From: Candidatus Omnitrophota bacterium
Lineage (GTDB): Bacteria; Omnitrophota; Gorgyraeia; JABMRN01; RBG-13-46-9
Assembly (NCBI GenBank): GCA_016782425.1
Contig: JADHYN010000005.1
Span: 6,502-70,501, forward strand
DNA length: 64,000 nt
Direction of reading: 5' to 3'
Below, piece by piece: positions 45,588 through 55,061 of the stretch. The translations under genes and the position numbers were made by a program. Below the pieces are notes generated by a model, which made no database searches, had not been told where the DNA came from, and saw only the letters and a list, made by a program, of their open reading frames with translations. Position 1 is the stretch's first letter. Every line of letters starts with the position of its first letter.

Positions 45588-46049
45588 ATGAAAAGTAAAT
45601 ATGCAGTCACGTTAGCTTGTATGTTAATGACGTGTCTTGTTCTGACTACTTCATATGCGGGTAATCACCCGGGAAAAAAAGATAAGCTTTATAATATGAG
45701 CGACAAAGTTTCCAAGAAAGTCCTCAAGATACTAAACAACAGGGGCAAGTTAAATCTTTCTGATGCGCAGATTGCAGAGCTTAAGGATCTGAAGGCTAGC
45801 ATGAAAAAGCAAGGGGTAGAGGATCAGGCGAACATCGATTCAGTCACAGCGGATATAAAAGCAAAGATGCTGGAAGAGCCGATGGACGCAGTAGCCGTAA
45901 ATGCGCTCATCGATAAAAAGTATGACCTGGAGAAAAATAGGACCAAATCCGAGATCAAGTCATACCTCGCGCTTAAGAACATTTTAACGGACGAGCAAGA
46001 AATAAAGCTTAAAGATCTCTATAAAAAATATAAGAAAAGAAAAAAATAG
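45588..46049 (+). CDS. Periplasmic Spy/CpxP-like (LTxxQ-motif) protein
   Basis: Signal peptide, with LSDAQIAELKDL and LTDEQEIKLKDL motifs. Confidence 0.55.
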   Translation: MKSKYAVTLACMLMTCLVLTTSYAGNHPGKKDKLYNMSDKVSKKVLKILNNRGKLNLSDAQIAELKDLKASMKKQGVEDQANIDSVTADIKAKMLEEPMDAVAVNALIDKKYDLEKNRTKSEIKSYLALKNILTDEQEIKLKDLYKKYKKRKK

Positions 46050-46094
46050 TCATCCAACCTGGAAGGCTTTCGCGCTACACAATAAGGAAAAGAC

Positions 46095-46505
46095 ATGAGA
46101 TTCAGTGTAGGAACAGGCAAAGAGAGCGCCTTGAAGGCAAAGATGGATTCGTTGGGAATAAAAGAAACGGATCTAAGGGAGAAATTTATACGCTCGGGTA
46201 AAGCGGGTGGACAGAATGTTAACAAGACGTCCACGTGCGTTTATATCAAACACAAGCCTACGGGCATCGAGGTCAAGTGTCAAAAAGAACGCTCTCAGGC
46301 CCTGAACCGGTTTTTTGCGAGAAGAATACTCGTTAACAAGATCGAATCTCTTGTACTGGGTAGAGAGGCAGGAGAGCGAAAGAAAATAGAAAAGATACGC
46401 CGTCAGAAACGAAAGCGTTCAAGAAGAGCCAAAGAAAAAATGCTTAAGTTTAAAAAAATGCGTTCCGAAAAGAAAAACCTGCGCAAACTTCCCACCACAG
46501 AATGA
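46095..46505 (+). CDS. arfB: ArfB-like peptidyl-tRNA hydrolase (GGQ-domain ribosome-rescue factor)
   Basis: GKAGGQNVNKTSTCVYIKHKPTGIEVKCQKERSQ plus a basic C-terminal tail. 136 aa. Confidence 0.75.
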   Translation: MRFSVGTGKESALKAKMDSLGIKETDLREKFIRSGKAGGQNVNKTSTCVYIKHKPTGIEVKCQKERSQALNRFFARRILVNKIESLVLGREAGERKKIEKIRRQKRKRSRRAKEKMLKFKKMRSEKKNLRKLPTTE

Positions 46506-46602
46506 TTAAGCGTGCCTAAGTAACCATATCACCTCTGTTAAGCGATAAAATTGTTACCTTCCTGTGACATCTAGCCTTTTATTTTATGCTATAGTCTAAA
46601 AT

Positions 46603-49600
46603 ATGTTAAAGAATAGGTATAGATATAGCATATGGATTAAATCTATAGCGATGGTACTGGTGTGCCTATTTTTCTTCAATAGCATTTCATGGTCCCTGCC
46701 CGAATCTACCCTTGCCGCATACACAAATCTCACGGAAAATGAATTTAAGGAAATGTTCAAGGCTAAAGAGTTTCTTTTGGCAAAAGAGGGTGTGCATGAA
46801 TACATAAGAACACAAGTAGATGAAGAAAAGGGAATATGTAAAAAAGACTGGAAAAAGCGCAGGACAGAGGTCGTAAACCTTGATGATTTAAGAATAAGAG
46901 GCCGCATTGGATATGATGTAAGAGGATTACACTCGGCAGTATTCATAAGAGTTGCGGGCTTCTTAGCAAGCACCGGCCAGCCTGCTTATGTGGAGTTAAA
47001 CGGCGAGGAAGAAGAATTTGAAGGCATGCTTACAGTATACATCGACAGCATGCTTACTAACACTCCGGACAAAGCCATACAGAAACACGAAATAGACGAG
47101 ATTCTTCAATGGGAAAACCTAAGGATTAATATTCTTCATATATCAACAAGAGAAAAGATGTACGAATGGATCGTGAAGAATATTGATAAATTAGACCTTG
47201 ATGACGATATTAGCGGCAGGTTACTCGAAGAATCAGAATACGCAGAATGTAAATCATCCCGCCAAATAGCAAAAAAGATCCATAAAAATTCCTATCCTTT
47301 GGATTTTCTTTATGATAACGAATTTGTGGATAGCTTAGATTTTGATTATTCGTATATCGGTAAAATGTTGTCGCTTTACGGTACCGATGAAAGAAGCGGG
47401 CATTTAAATATTGCGGCGAAAAAGACGAGCAAGGGACAAGGCACAGGGGCAAAGGAGCCGGTTTCTGTTTCACCTCTAGGTGTTCGGGCTTTGCTGACAT
47501 CGTTATCCCGACGAAGCGTTTTAAGGTTGCTTTTCATAGCCATGTCCAACAGGTTCGTGGCTTTTTCGGCTTATGGCAAAGAAAGGGCTTCGGCTGTGGT
47601 CCGGAAAAACTGGGGCGTAGATTATATGGAAACGCAAGTTCCCGTTGTCAACCTTGTCCACTTGGTGGATCAGGCAAAGAAAAATAAATTATTACACGAA
47701 TCACTAGTCTTTATGGAGGTCCCTTTTGACCTTAATAAGTTGCAAATGAAGATTGTAGCGAGTGGCAAGCCATTAGAACTCGACAAGGGGCTCATTTATC
47801 ATGGAACGGCAAATTTAGATGAAGCGCTATTGCATGGCTCTCTTAAAGGAGAATGTCTTTTTACGCGGGTGGCCCATGAATGGGCAATAGGCCCGTTTGC
47901 TTTTGCAAAAGAGTCAAAGAAAAAGAAAGACACGCCTGCGATACTCATGGTTCATACGGACGATTTCAATCGCTTAGTGACAGACGGAAAAGCTAAATTC
48001 ACTGCTCAACTTCAGGGTAGGGAAAAATGGATAGAGCCTTATCCAAAAATAGATGATCTTTCTTTGGACATTGTAAGAGAGACATGGGTTAGCGAGGAAG
48101 ATTATGCCCGGTATCAGAGGATCGCAAATGCGAAACCCGATTCAGGGTTGTCCGAAATGGACAAAGCCTTACTCCCTGCCCGGGCTAAATTAAGAGTGAT
48201 GCTTGAAAACGGAAAATTAATAAAAATCCCCGGGTTACGCAAGGAATACTATGTTAATAAATCCGACGACCTTAGACTTCTTTCTTATGCAGACGTGCAT
48301 CGCGCTGTTGGGCTTTACATGAAAAGCCGCAATCTATTCCGGCACTATATGCCATACTTTAAGATTGTAGGAGAGGAGAGCCCGTTTAAGAAGCCTCGCA
48401 CGAGGATTCTTTCAACCAAGATAGCAAAAATTGCGAATGTATCAATATACACGATTCTTGGCACAGCCGTTTTTGCAGCAATAGCGATACCTTTAAGGAG
48501 CCGCATAAAGGATATTCAAAATGCCAGAAGAGCAGCTTTTAAAAAAAGAAATCGAAAAAGGACTCAGCCTGCGCAAAAGAAAGGAAAGAGGCGTAGAAGG
48601 GGTAAGGCCGGCCGGGGCAGGACAGTGAAAAAAGGAACTTCCAAAGGCTGCGCAGCAGAGCTTCTTAACGTGCTGAAAGACAAAAGAAATTACCGGCTCT
48701 TGAAAAAAGCGCTAAGCAACAAAGGCGTTACCGTAGACGATGCAGAAGGCTTGCGCAAACCCCATGTCAGAAAAACCGTGCAAAAAGAGTTTAAAATATT
48801 AGTGGCCCTTGGTATTTTTATCCCAATCAAGGGAAACCCTTACCATTGCCGCATGTCAAAAACATTAAAAGGTCCGAACCTACGATATACGAGGGATCTT
48901 ATTGATGCCATAAATGACATAGAATACCTCGTAGGCATAAGGGGCAGGTGGCCTCTGTGGCGATATGACATTCCCGAAGAAAAAATACCCACTGTAAAAG
49001 AACTTGTTAAAAACACTATAAGGAATATCGTGGCAAGCTCAAGGAAAATAATCGAAGATACAACTAAGAAAAAAAACGTAGGCGATATTGTGCGGCTTGG
49101 TAGAGCCAGATATCGAATAGTGCGTTCGCGCCATAACACTTTTCATACCAAAAAAGCCCGGAGGCTGGATACAAACGAATATGTATGGCTTAAGTTTCAC
49201 CTTGCTGGAGCCCAAATGGGCAAAATGGAAGCAAGGAGAATTAAAAAACTCCAAGAACGCCCCATCGACCATTTTGTTAATGGTCAAACCTTCGAGGACT
49301 CAAAAGGAAATATAGTAAACATATTTGAACATATTGAAGGTGAGACGCTGCATGAAGTTATCCAGGGCATTAAAGTTGGCCATCGCGAATACTTCAAAGA
49401 TCACTTTCCGGATCTCGCACTGAAGTTATTAGATCTGGCAAGGGCACTGCAAGAATTGCACGAAAGACTTAAAATAACCCATAGCGACATACATCTCAAG
49501 AACATCATAATCCAAGACGGAACGAGAAAACCATTCTTAATTGATTACGACTTCCCGATAATGAGCGAGAGATATAGCGATATTGAAGAATTAGGCTTAT

Positions 49601-52020
49601 CATTATTAGATTTAGCATTAAAAAGTACATGCGCTGAGGGTAGTCACACCCTTTATGATTTTCCTAAATTGGAGTTTACCGGGGGAGAATTATGGGATGA
49701 AGAAGTCATCCTCAATGCGAGAAAAATCTACAGTTACATACCGGAAGACATTAATAATATTTTGCTACGCTTTGCCGATGACTGTGAGAATCGCTATAAA
49801 ACAGCTTCTGAATTTGCGGATGACCTGGAAAAGGCGCTTCGCAATATGACGGCCCTCCCGGTGAAAAAGCATGGCAAAAAAACATTGCGCATTATCGCAA
49901 AGGTTGAAGAGGTAAAAAAAGTTCTCGAGATATATTCCAATTGGAAATTTCGTGATTATGAAAAAGGGGAGTGGTATCATGCAAATGTTTTAAACGAAGA
50001 GGGGCAAGCGCTCTTAGAAGAACTTGAAGCAGCCTACCAAGCCCTGCAAAAACGAAAACCCACTGCAAAAGAAATAAAAGCAATTAAAGGCCTTATCAAC
50101 AGGGTGCCTTCCGTAAAAAACCCTCACCCGGAGTTATTCGTTGACATATTACCCGGGGTTCCTAAAAAAATACGGAAACGTATTTTTAAAACAATTTGCG
50201 ATATGGGTACTACCGGGAAGTGTTTTAACGTGTTGGTGACTCGCGGGTGTTACAACCAATGCGCATTTTGTCAATTTGAAGCTCCTCTGCAAATAAGCCA
50301 TATGCCCTTTCCTCTCTTCATTAAAATACTGGATGAGTACGTAAAATACAACGATGTCGAACCTATACTTCACCGGGATAGCGATCCATTTCATTATCGA
50401 GATCGCGCCATAGGCGCTAATCTTGCGGATTTATACAAGGCCATTAAAAAAAGAGGGCTAGAATATTCAGCTTTAACAGGTGGCTGGAATAAAACGAATA
50501 AAATAGCACAAACGGCCGCGGAGAGACTGGCGCGCAGCGACATAGAAGTTGAAGTAAGTTTTAATCTCTTTAAGAAATCTTTGATGGAGGCCGTAAAACA
50601 AAATGATAAAGATAAAATAAAAGCTGCTTACAAAAAATGCAAAAAGAGATATAAAAATATTCTAGAAACACTTCGGCCTGTTATACGTATTGTCCGTCTT
50701 GAATTTAGCGGAAGAACAAAAGACAGGAAGATAAACAAGCTAACTAGAAAAATGTATGACGAACTAAAGGAAGAACTTGAGCTTCCGAATGCGTTTGAAG
50801 ACAATGAATGCCCTATAAGTTGGCTTCCGGAAAAGAAAGGGAGTAGCATTGATTCTTCAATCGATGAAGTTCTGTCTGTTGGATATGCTATTTTACCGCC
50901 ATATGACGGAAATATTGAGATTGGCTATGCTGGCGATGGAGTAATAGAACTAAAAAAATTGGTTGAATCAGGCACGCTAAATAGAGACGCTTTATTATTT
51001 TTGATGAACACAATACTGCTTTCGCATAAAAAAGGCCATCGCGATATTGAAATAAAATTAGCGTCACTGCCAAAAAGCATGCGCGCGTATTTGCATAAAA
51101 AAGGCATCAAAAAGAAAAAAATAAGGCTGTTGGGTTTAAATAAATCTGCACGGCTATTTTTTAAAGAGTATTATAGATTGTTTTACTCTGAATTTACGGA
51201 GTATCTGGAGTCAAAAGAAGAAATTACAGCCCGCGACATAGACGAAATAGTGCAGAGATTTGGGTATGTCCCTGTCCTAAATGGCATGAAATACAAAAGA
51301 AAAAAGCTTATTAAGAAATTATGGATCAGGAACCCCAATCAATGCTTTAAATCTGAAATAGTTCTTTACGAAGCAGCAAAAGTTCAAAGAGATATTGATT
51401 CTGTGCCTAGTCGAGAAAGCAATAAAGAGACAACTAATGCCTTAAAAATAATGACTGATTTCATCCTACCCGGACTTAAAAAAGGTGAAGTGTATGAAAT
51501 ACGTTACAATAAACTTAAGTTTGATGAGTATCAAAGAAGCGCAAACTTAGACGCAAAGAAAAACTCACCCCGAGCCCTGCTTCAGACATATATAGACCTC
51601 TTGCGTATGGGGGCGCCTAAAGGAAGTATTAAGATAATCCCATGCTATAGGGATGACAGGCCGCTTATTTCTGTGTCGCGCTATGCTTCAAGGGATTCCG
51701 TAAAACCGGTTGGCGTGGGTAATGTTGATATGGCCGGAGACATAAGAGGGCAGCCACTAAGGATAGTAGGCATGCTTAACATGGCCTTTGCAGCGTCACA
51801 TATCCCGAATGACGTATTCCCGGATGAAATACACAAATACACAAGCTTACTGAACTTTATTAAAAATCAATATAAAGACATAACTGGCAAAATATTAAAA
51901 GCGGATAATCTATTGGAAGCTATACGCTGGATAACGCTACCCGCAGCAAAGCCCATACCCGTACAAAACCTCGCAGACTACTACCGCTTGACCATAGAGC
52001 AACTTCGCCAAGCCGCATAA
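46603..52020 (+). CDS. Giant (1805 aa) two-TM protein with a protein-kinase-like domain, a radical-SAM core and modules shared with the left-edge giant ORF
   Basis: TM1 at aa ~10-30 and TM2 at aa 611-631, followed by a K/R-rich stretch (aa 641-679). Module A at aa 729-790. Kinase-like region at aa ~826-1085 (HSDIHLKN, DYDF). CYNQCAFC at aa 1216-1223. C-terminal module at aa ~1610-1805. No SD sequence is present. An extended -10 (TGCTATAGT, 46587-46595) lies 7 nt before the ATG. Confidence 0.85.
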   Translation: MLKNRYRYSIWIKSIAMVLVCLFFFNSISWSLPESTLAAYTNLTENEFKEMFKAKEFLLAKEGVHEYIRTQVDEEKGICKKDWKKRRTEVVNLDDLRIRGRIGYDVRGLHSAVFIRVAGFLASTGQPAYVELNGEEEEFEGMLTVYIDSMLTNTPDKAIQKHEIDEILQWENLRINILHISTREKMYEWIVKNIDKLDLDDDISGRLLEESEYAECKSSRQIAKKIHKNSYPLDFLYDNEFVDSLDFDYSYIGKMLSLYGTDERSGHLNIAAKKTSKGQGTGAKEPVSVSPLGVRALLTSLSRRSVLRLLFIAMSNRFVAFSAYGKERASAVVRKNWGVDYMETQVPVVNLVHLVDQAKKNKLLHESLVFMEVPFDLNKLQMKIVASGKPLELDKGLIYHGTANLDEALLHGSLKGECLFTRVAHEWAIGPFAFAKESKKKKDTPAILMVHTDDFNRLVTDGKAKFTAQLQGREKWIEPYPKIDDLSLDIVRETWVSEEDYARYQRIANAKPDSGLSEMDKALLPARAKLRVMLENGKLIKIPGLRKEYYVNKSDDLRLLSYADVHRAVGLYMKSRNLFRHYMPYFKIVGEESPFKKPRTRILSTKIAKIANVSIYTILGTAVFAAIAIPLRSRIKDIQNARRAAFKKRNRKRTQPAQKKGKRRRRGKAGRGRTVKKGTSKGCAAELLNVLKDKRNYRLLKKALSNKGVTVDDAEGLRKPHVRKTVQKEFKILVALGIFIPIKGNPYHCRMSKTLKGPNLRYTRDLIDAINDIEYLVGIRGRWPLWRYDIPEEKIPTVKELVKNTIRNIVASSRKIIEDTTKKKNVGDIVRLGRARYRIVRSRHNTFHTKKARRLDTNEYVWLKFHLAGAQMGKMEARRIKKLQERPIDHFVNGQTFEDSKGNIVNIFEHIEGETLHEVIQGIKVGHREYFKDHFPDLALKLLDLARALQELHERLKITHSDIHLKNIIIQDGTRKPFLIDYDFPIMSERYSDIEELGLSLLDLALKSTCAEGSHTLYDFPKLEFTGGELWDEEVILNARKIYSYIPEDINNILLRFADDCENRYKTASEFADDLEKALRNMTALPVKKHGKKTLRIIAKVEEVKKVLEIYSNWKFRDYEKGEWYHANVLNEEGQALLEELEAAYQALQKRKPTAKEIKAIKGLINRVPSVKNPHPELFVDILPGVPKKIRKRIFKTICDMGTTGKCFNVLVTRGCYNQCAFCQFEAPLQISHMPFPLFIKILDEYVKYNDVEPILHRDSDPFHYRDRAIGANLADLYKAIKKRGLEYSALTGGWNKTNKIAQTAAERLARSDIEVEVSFNLFKKSLMEAVKQNDKDKIKAAYKKCKKRYKNILETLRPVIRIVRLEFSGRTKDRKINKLTRKMYDELKEELELPNAFEDNECPISWLPEKKGSSIDSSIDEVLSVGYAILPPYDGNIEIGYAGDGVIELKKLVESGTLNRDALLFLMNTILLSHKKGHRDIEIKLASLPKSMRAYLHKKGIKKKKIRLLGLNKSARLFFKEYYRLFYSEFTEYLESKEEITARDIDEIVQRFGYVPVLNGMKYKRKKLIKKLWIRNPNQCFKSEIVLYEAAKVQRDIDSVPSRESNKETTNALKIMTDFILPGLKKGEVYEIRYNKLKFDEYQRSANLDAKKNSPRALLQTYIDLLRMGAPKGSIKIIPCYRDDRPLISVSRYASRDSVKPVGVGNVDMAGDIRGQPLRIVGMLNMAFAASHIPNDVFPDEIHKYTSLLNFIKNQYKDITGKILKADNLLEAIRWITLPAAKPIPVQNLADYYRLTIEQLRQAA
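48787..48972 (+). other. Conserved module A (copy in the 1805-aa ORF)
   Basis: EFKILVALGIFIPIKGNPYHCRMSKTLKGPNLRYTRDLIDAINDIEYLVGIRGRWPLWRYDI. See 2942..3127. Confidence 0.8.
49078..49857 (+). other. Protein-kinase-like domain
   Basis: Candidate beta3 Lys in VWLKF (K864), hinge FEHIEGETL, catalytic loop HSDIHLKN (nt 49480-49503), DYDF in the DFG position, and a C-lobe ending RYKTASEFADDLEKAL. Confidence 0.6.
50215..50802 (+). other. Radical-SAM core
   Basis: NVLVTRGCYNQCAFCQFE carries CxxxCxxC (nt 50248-50271) preceded by the usual beta-strand. The downstream pattern is TIM-barrel-like. Confidence 0.6.
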
Positions 52021-52025
52021 CCGCA

Positions 52026-52057
52026 CCTCAAGATAACGCTTGAGGCTTTTTGTTTTT
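52026..52057 (+). terminator. Rho-independent terminator after the giant ORF
   Basis: CCTCAAG-ataacg-CTTGAGG followed by CTTTTTGTTTTT. The 3' arm doubles as the -35 of the next promoter. Confidence 0.7.
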
Positions 52058-52068
52058 CAGAGTATAAT
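52040..52068 (+). promoter_or_regulatory. Promoter (TTGAGG, 17 nt, TATAAT), 7 nt before the ATG
   Basis: TTGAGG at 52040-52045, TATAAT at 52063-52068, ATG at 52076. Confidence 0.6.
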
Positions 52069-52075
52069 CCCACTT

Positions 52076-52858
52076 ATGAAAACATCGCGGCCTTTAGTAG
52101 TGCTGGATCTTGAAACAACCGGCACCTGGATAGAAAAAGACAAGATCGTTGAAATAGGCATGGTAAAGCACTTATCCGATGGCTCGACAGAAATCTTTGT
52201 AAAGCGGGTAAATCCGGGTATGCCTATACCGGAAGCTGTAAGTAAAATTACAGGCATACGGGATGAAGATGTTAAGAATGAACCGCCCTTTAGTGAAATA
52301 GCCCAAGAGGTTGTTGCCTTTTTAGGAGATTGCGATATAGGCGGTTTTAATATTGAGCGGTTTGATATACCCGTGCTTGAGCGCGAGCTGATAGCCATGG
52401 GCCTTAAATTTGAGCTTGGGAACAGAGTGATCTATGATGCGCAAAAGATTTATAACGTACATGAAAAAAGAAATCTTACAGCAGCATACAAGTTCTACTG
52501 CAACAAGCCCCTTGAAAACGCGCATTCAGCGCTTGATGATGCGCAGGCTACCCTTGAAATACTATCCGCGCAAACCGATAAATACGGAAGCCCTGAAGAG
52601 GGTCTCCAGTCGCTTCGCGGGATCGATTACGAAAGATCTTTGGACTACTTTGATAAAGAGCGTAAATTCAGGTGGTGGAATGGCAGGCTTTATCCGATGT
52701 TTGGTAAGCATGCTAGGCGCACCAGCATAAAAGAGCTTCAAGAGAAATATCCTGATTATCTTCAGTGGATCCTTTCCAAGGATTTTAGTGAAGAAGTAAA
52801 GACCATGATAAAAGCCGCACTTGCCGGAAATTTGCCCAAGCCACCAAAACAATCATAA
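52076..52858 (+). CDS. DEDDh 3'-5' exonuclease (DnaQ-like) with a C-terminal DUF3820-like extension
   Basis: VVLDLETTG, ...NIERFDIPVL, ...HSALDDAQAT. The start was trimmed to MKTSRPL... Confidence 0.8.
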   Translation: MKTSRPLVVLDLETTGTWIEKDKIVEIGMVKHLSDGSTEIFVKRVNPGMPIPEAVSKITGIRDEDVKNEPPFSEIAQEVVAFLGDCDIGGFNIERFDIPVLERELIAMGLKFELGNRVIYDAQKIYNVHEKRNLTAAYKFYCNKPLENAHSALDDAQATLEILSAQTDKYGSPEEGLQSLRGIDYERSLDYFDKERKFRWWNGRLYPMFGKHARRTSIKELQEKYPDYLQWILSKDFSEEVKTMIKAALAGNLPKPPKQS

Positions 52859-52880
52859 TAAAAAATGGAGGATTTAAAGA

Positions 52881-53540
52881 ATGAAGTATAAGTTGAAGTC
52901 AAAGTCACTCGCAAACATTGAAGAAAAAATGGAAAGCATGGATGAATCAAGCCTGCGGTATCAGGTGCTGAAAGAGGCAAAATCCTTCAAAACCTCATGG
53001 GTAGGCTTAGGGCAGATGCTGTGCACCGTGTGGAAAGATAAGCATTATAAAGAATGGGGATTTAGCACCTTTGATACGTATACTTTAAAGGAAATAGGCA
53101 TTAAAAAACCCACGGCATTAAAGCTCCTTAAATCCTATCACTTTATGGAACAAAAAGAGCCTACATACATAAGCCGGGAATATTTGAACAGCGCGCAGCC
53201 CGGGAACCTCCCAACCTACGAATCAGTGAATGCATTGAGGCTTGCAGGCACTAAAAAAGCTCTGGATGAACAGGATTATAAAGAAATAAAAGAAAGCGTC
53301 CTTGGCAAAGGAAGAGATGCCACAGATGTCCGAAAAGCCATCACAAGTCTCATAAAACAGCGCGAGGAACTCGAGCCCCAGGAAGCCAGAAAGCGCAAAA
53401 GAGAGGCTGTTTTAAAACGATTTATAGGCACCTTAAGATCCATTAACAGAGAAGCCAAGATAACCAAGATCCTGCCTGAAAATCTAATAAGCGAAACCGA
53501 TAAGCTCATCGGTAAATTAGAGCGCGAGATCAACAGTTAA
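52881..53540 (+). CDS. Hypothetical protein (helical, basic C-terminus)
   Basis: RBS GGAGGA. No motif recognised with confidence. Confidence 0.5.
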   Translation: MKYKLKSKSLANIEEKMESMDESSLRYQVLKEAKSFKTSWVGLGQMLCTVWKDKHYKEWGFSTFDTYTLKEIGIKKPTALKLLKSYHFMEQKEPTYISREYLNSAQPGNLPTYESVNALRLAGTKKALDEQDYKEIKESVLGKGRDATDVRKAITSLIKQREELEPQEARKRKREAVLKRFIGTLRSINREAKITKILPENLISETDKLIGKLEREINS

Positions 53541-53543
53541 TCC

Positions 53544-53572
53544 TTGAGCCGAGTTTTTTTTAGAGGTATAAT
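53544..53572 (+). promoter_or_regulatory. Promoter (TTGAGC, 17 nt, TATAAT)
   Basis: TTGAGC at 53544-53549 and TATAAT at 53567-53572. Confidence 0.6.
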
Positions 53573-53591
53573 CAACGAAAAGGAGGGTGTT

Positions 53592-53942
53592 ATGCGAAAT
53601 GTTGCAAAAATACTTTTACCGGTTGTCTTCCTGAGCCTTGCATTGACCGGATGCGGAGGCGGGGTAAACGAAAACAAGCCCATAGCTCAAGTAAAGACAG
53701 AGGCCCAGGGAATGTCTCTTGATCAGCTTAAAGCCACGATTAGTAAATACCAGGCAGTAATTCAATCCAAAAGAAATCAAATGACTAAGCTGACTACGGC
53801 GTTTCAAAAAATCCCCGTAACCCAAATGATGGGAGACGAGGCAAAAAAGCTTAAAGGCGATATCCAAAATGTAATGACTTCCATAAGAGCTCTTTCGGAA
53901 AGACTAAACATCTATGCGCAGGAACTAAGACGCAAGATGTAG
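53592..53942 (+). CDS. Hypothetical lipoprotein
   Basis: The start was trimmed to ATG 53592 (RBS AAGGAGGG). Lipobox LTGCGG. Confidence 0.6.
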   Translation: MRNVAKILLPVVFLSLALTGCGGGVNENKPIAQVKTEAQGMSLDQLKATISKYQAVIQSKRNQMTKLTTAFQKIPVTQMMGDEAKKLKGDIQNVMTSIRALSERLNIYAQELRRKM

Positions 53943-53981
53943 CTCGAACATGCTTTTATATTTCGGATTAAGGAGGAGAGC

Positions 53982-54269
53982 ATGAAGAAACTGGTTTTAC
54001 TGATGGCGTTATTTCTTTTTACGATTCCGGCTATTACTTGTAGCGCCGATGAAATTAAGGGGAGAATCGAATCAGTCAGCGCCGCGGACAATAAATTGAC
54101 TATAAGCGGTGTAACTATAAATGTTTCCCCGAATGCATGGGTGGAAGGGCATAATGATATGCAGATCTCAATTAGAGAACTTGCCGTGGGCAACTATATC
54201 GAGTGCAAGGGCAACTGGAGTGGCTCGGCTGAATTCACGGCAAACAAAGTAGAACTGGAAACGCCATGA
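53982..54269 (+). CDS. Secreted DUF5666-like small protein
   Basis: RBS AAGGAGGAG and a signal peptide. IKGRIESVSAADNKLTISGVTINV is an OB-like repeat pattern. Confidence 0.45.
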   Translation: MKKLVLLMALFLFTIPAITCSADEIKGRIESVSAADNKLTISGVTINVSPNAWVEGHNDMQISIRELAVGNYIECKGNWSGSAEFTANKVELETP

Positions 54270-54317
54270 AAATTTTAGCTTTTAGCCTTATTATGGGTAT
54301 AATTGCCTGTGTTTGTT

Positions 54318-54794
54318 ATGCAAAAACAGGCAATTAGCAAACAGGAAATTCTCGACGCGCAGAAAGCCTGGGGTGATGGTATTGTCGCTATCGGCAAATC
54401 TTATTCGAATGGCGGAGATTACCGAAAAGTCGCCGAAGAACACATTGACAACCTTTACGCATACCAGTTTGTCGAAGTCCTGTTTGCCCCCACAAAAGCC
54501 TCCGAGAAACAATTTCGGCTTACGAAAGAGGGGGCGCTATCCTACTTCGTAGGCGGCAATAAGAATTTTTCCGAAGATAAAGGCTTTGCGCTCCAGCCCT
54601 GGACGAATGTCCGCTTTGAGAACGCGGGCACGTCTCTCCATGGTAATTACGCGATAGCTATGGGAAATTACTTCTTTACTCCGGAGCAAGGTGAAGACGT
54701 AAAAGTTGAGTACGCATTTGAGTACATCAAAGATAAGGATGGGAAGCTAAGGATCGATATGCATCACTCTTCCCTGCCATACGCTAATAATTAA
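54318..54794 (+). CDS. NTF2-like (SnoaL/DUF4440-type) protein; a possible lipoprotein signal peptide lies in another frame upstream
   Basis: ISKQEILDAQKAWGDGIVAIG... The 23-codon ORF 54266..54337 (MKILAFSLIMGIIACVCYAKTGN) overlaps the start in the -1 frame. See findings. Confidence 0.55.
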   Translation: MQKQAISKQEILDAQKAWGDGIVAIGKSYSNGGDYRKVAEEHIDNLYAYQFVEVLFAPTKASEKQFRLTKEGALSYFVGGNKNFSEDKGFALQPWTNVRFENAGTSLHGNYAIAMGNYFFTPEQGEDVKVEYAFEYIKDKDGKLRIDMHHSSLPYANN

Positions 54795-54818
54795 GGGAAC
54801 ACAAAAAGGAGGAAGACA

Positions 54819-55061
54819 ATGAAAAAACTTATATCAGGGCTTGTTTTTCTTGCAGTGTTTTTTTTCACAGTAACTGCATTTGCTGAATTAACCGAAGCAC
54901 AGAAAACTGAACAGCGAAGACAGCAGGAAGCAGCGAAAAGGGCATACCAAGCAAGCGCGCGTCAGCACAATGAAGTTGCTGACCAGGCGGAAGTATATAA
55001 GGAAGGGGCTGAATTTATACGCGATACAGCGAAAAAAGGCGCAAAAGCCGCGACAAGATAA
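54819..55061 (+). CDS. Small secreted protein
   Basis: RBS AAGGAGGAAG and a signal peptide ending AFAE. Confidence 0.5.
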   Translation: MKKLISGLVFLAVFFFTVTAFAELTEAQKTEQRRQQEAAKRAYQASARQHNEVADQAEVYKEGAEFIRDTAKKGAKAATR

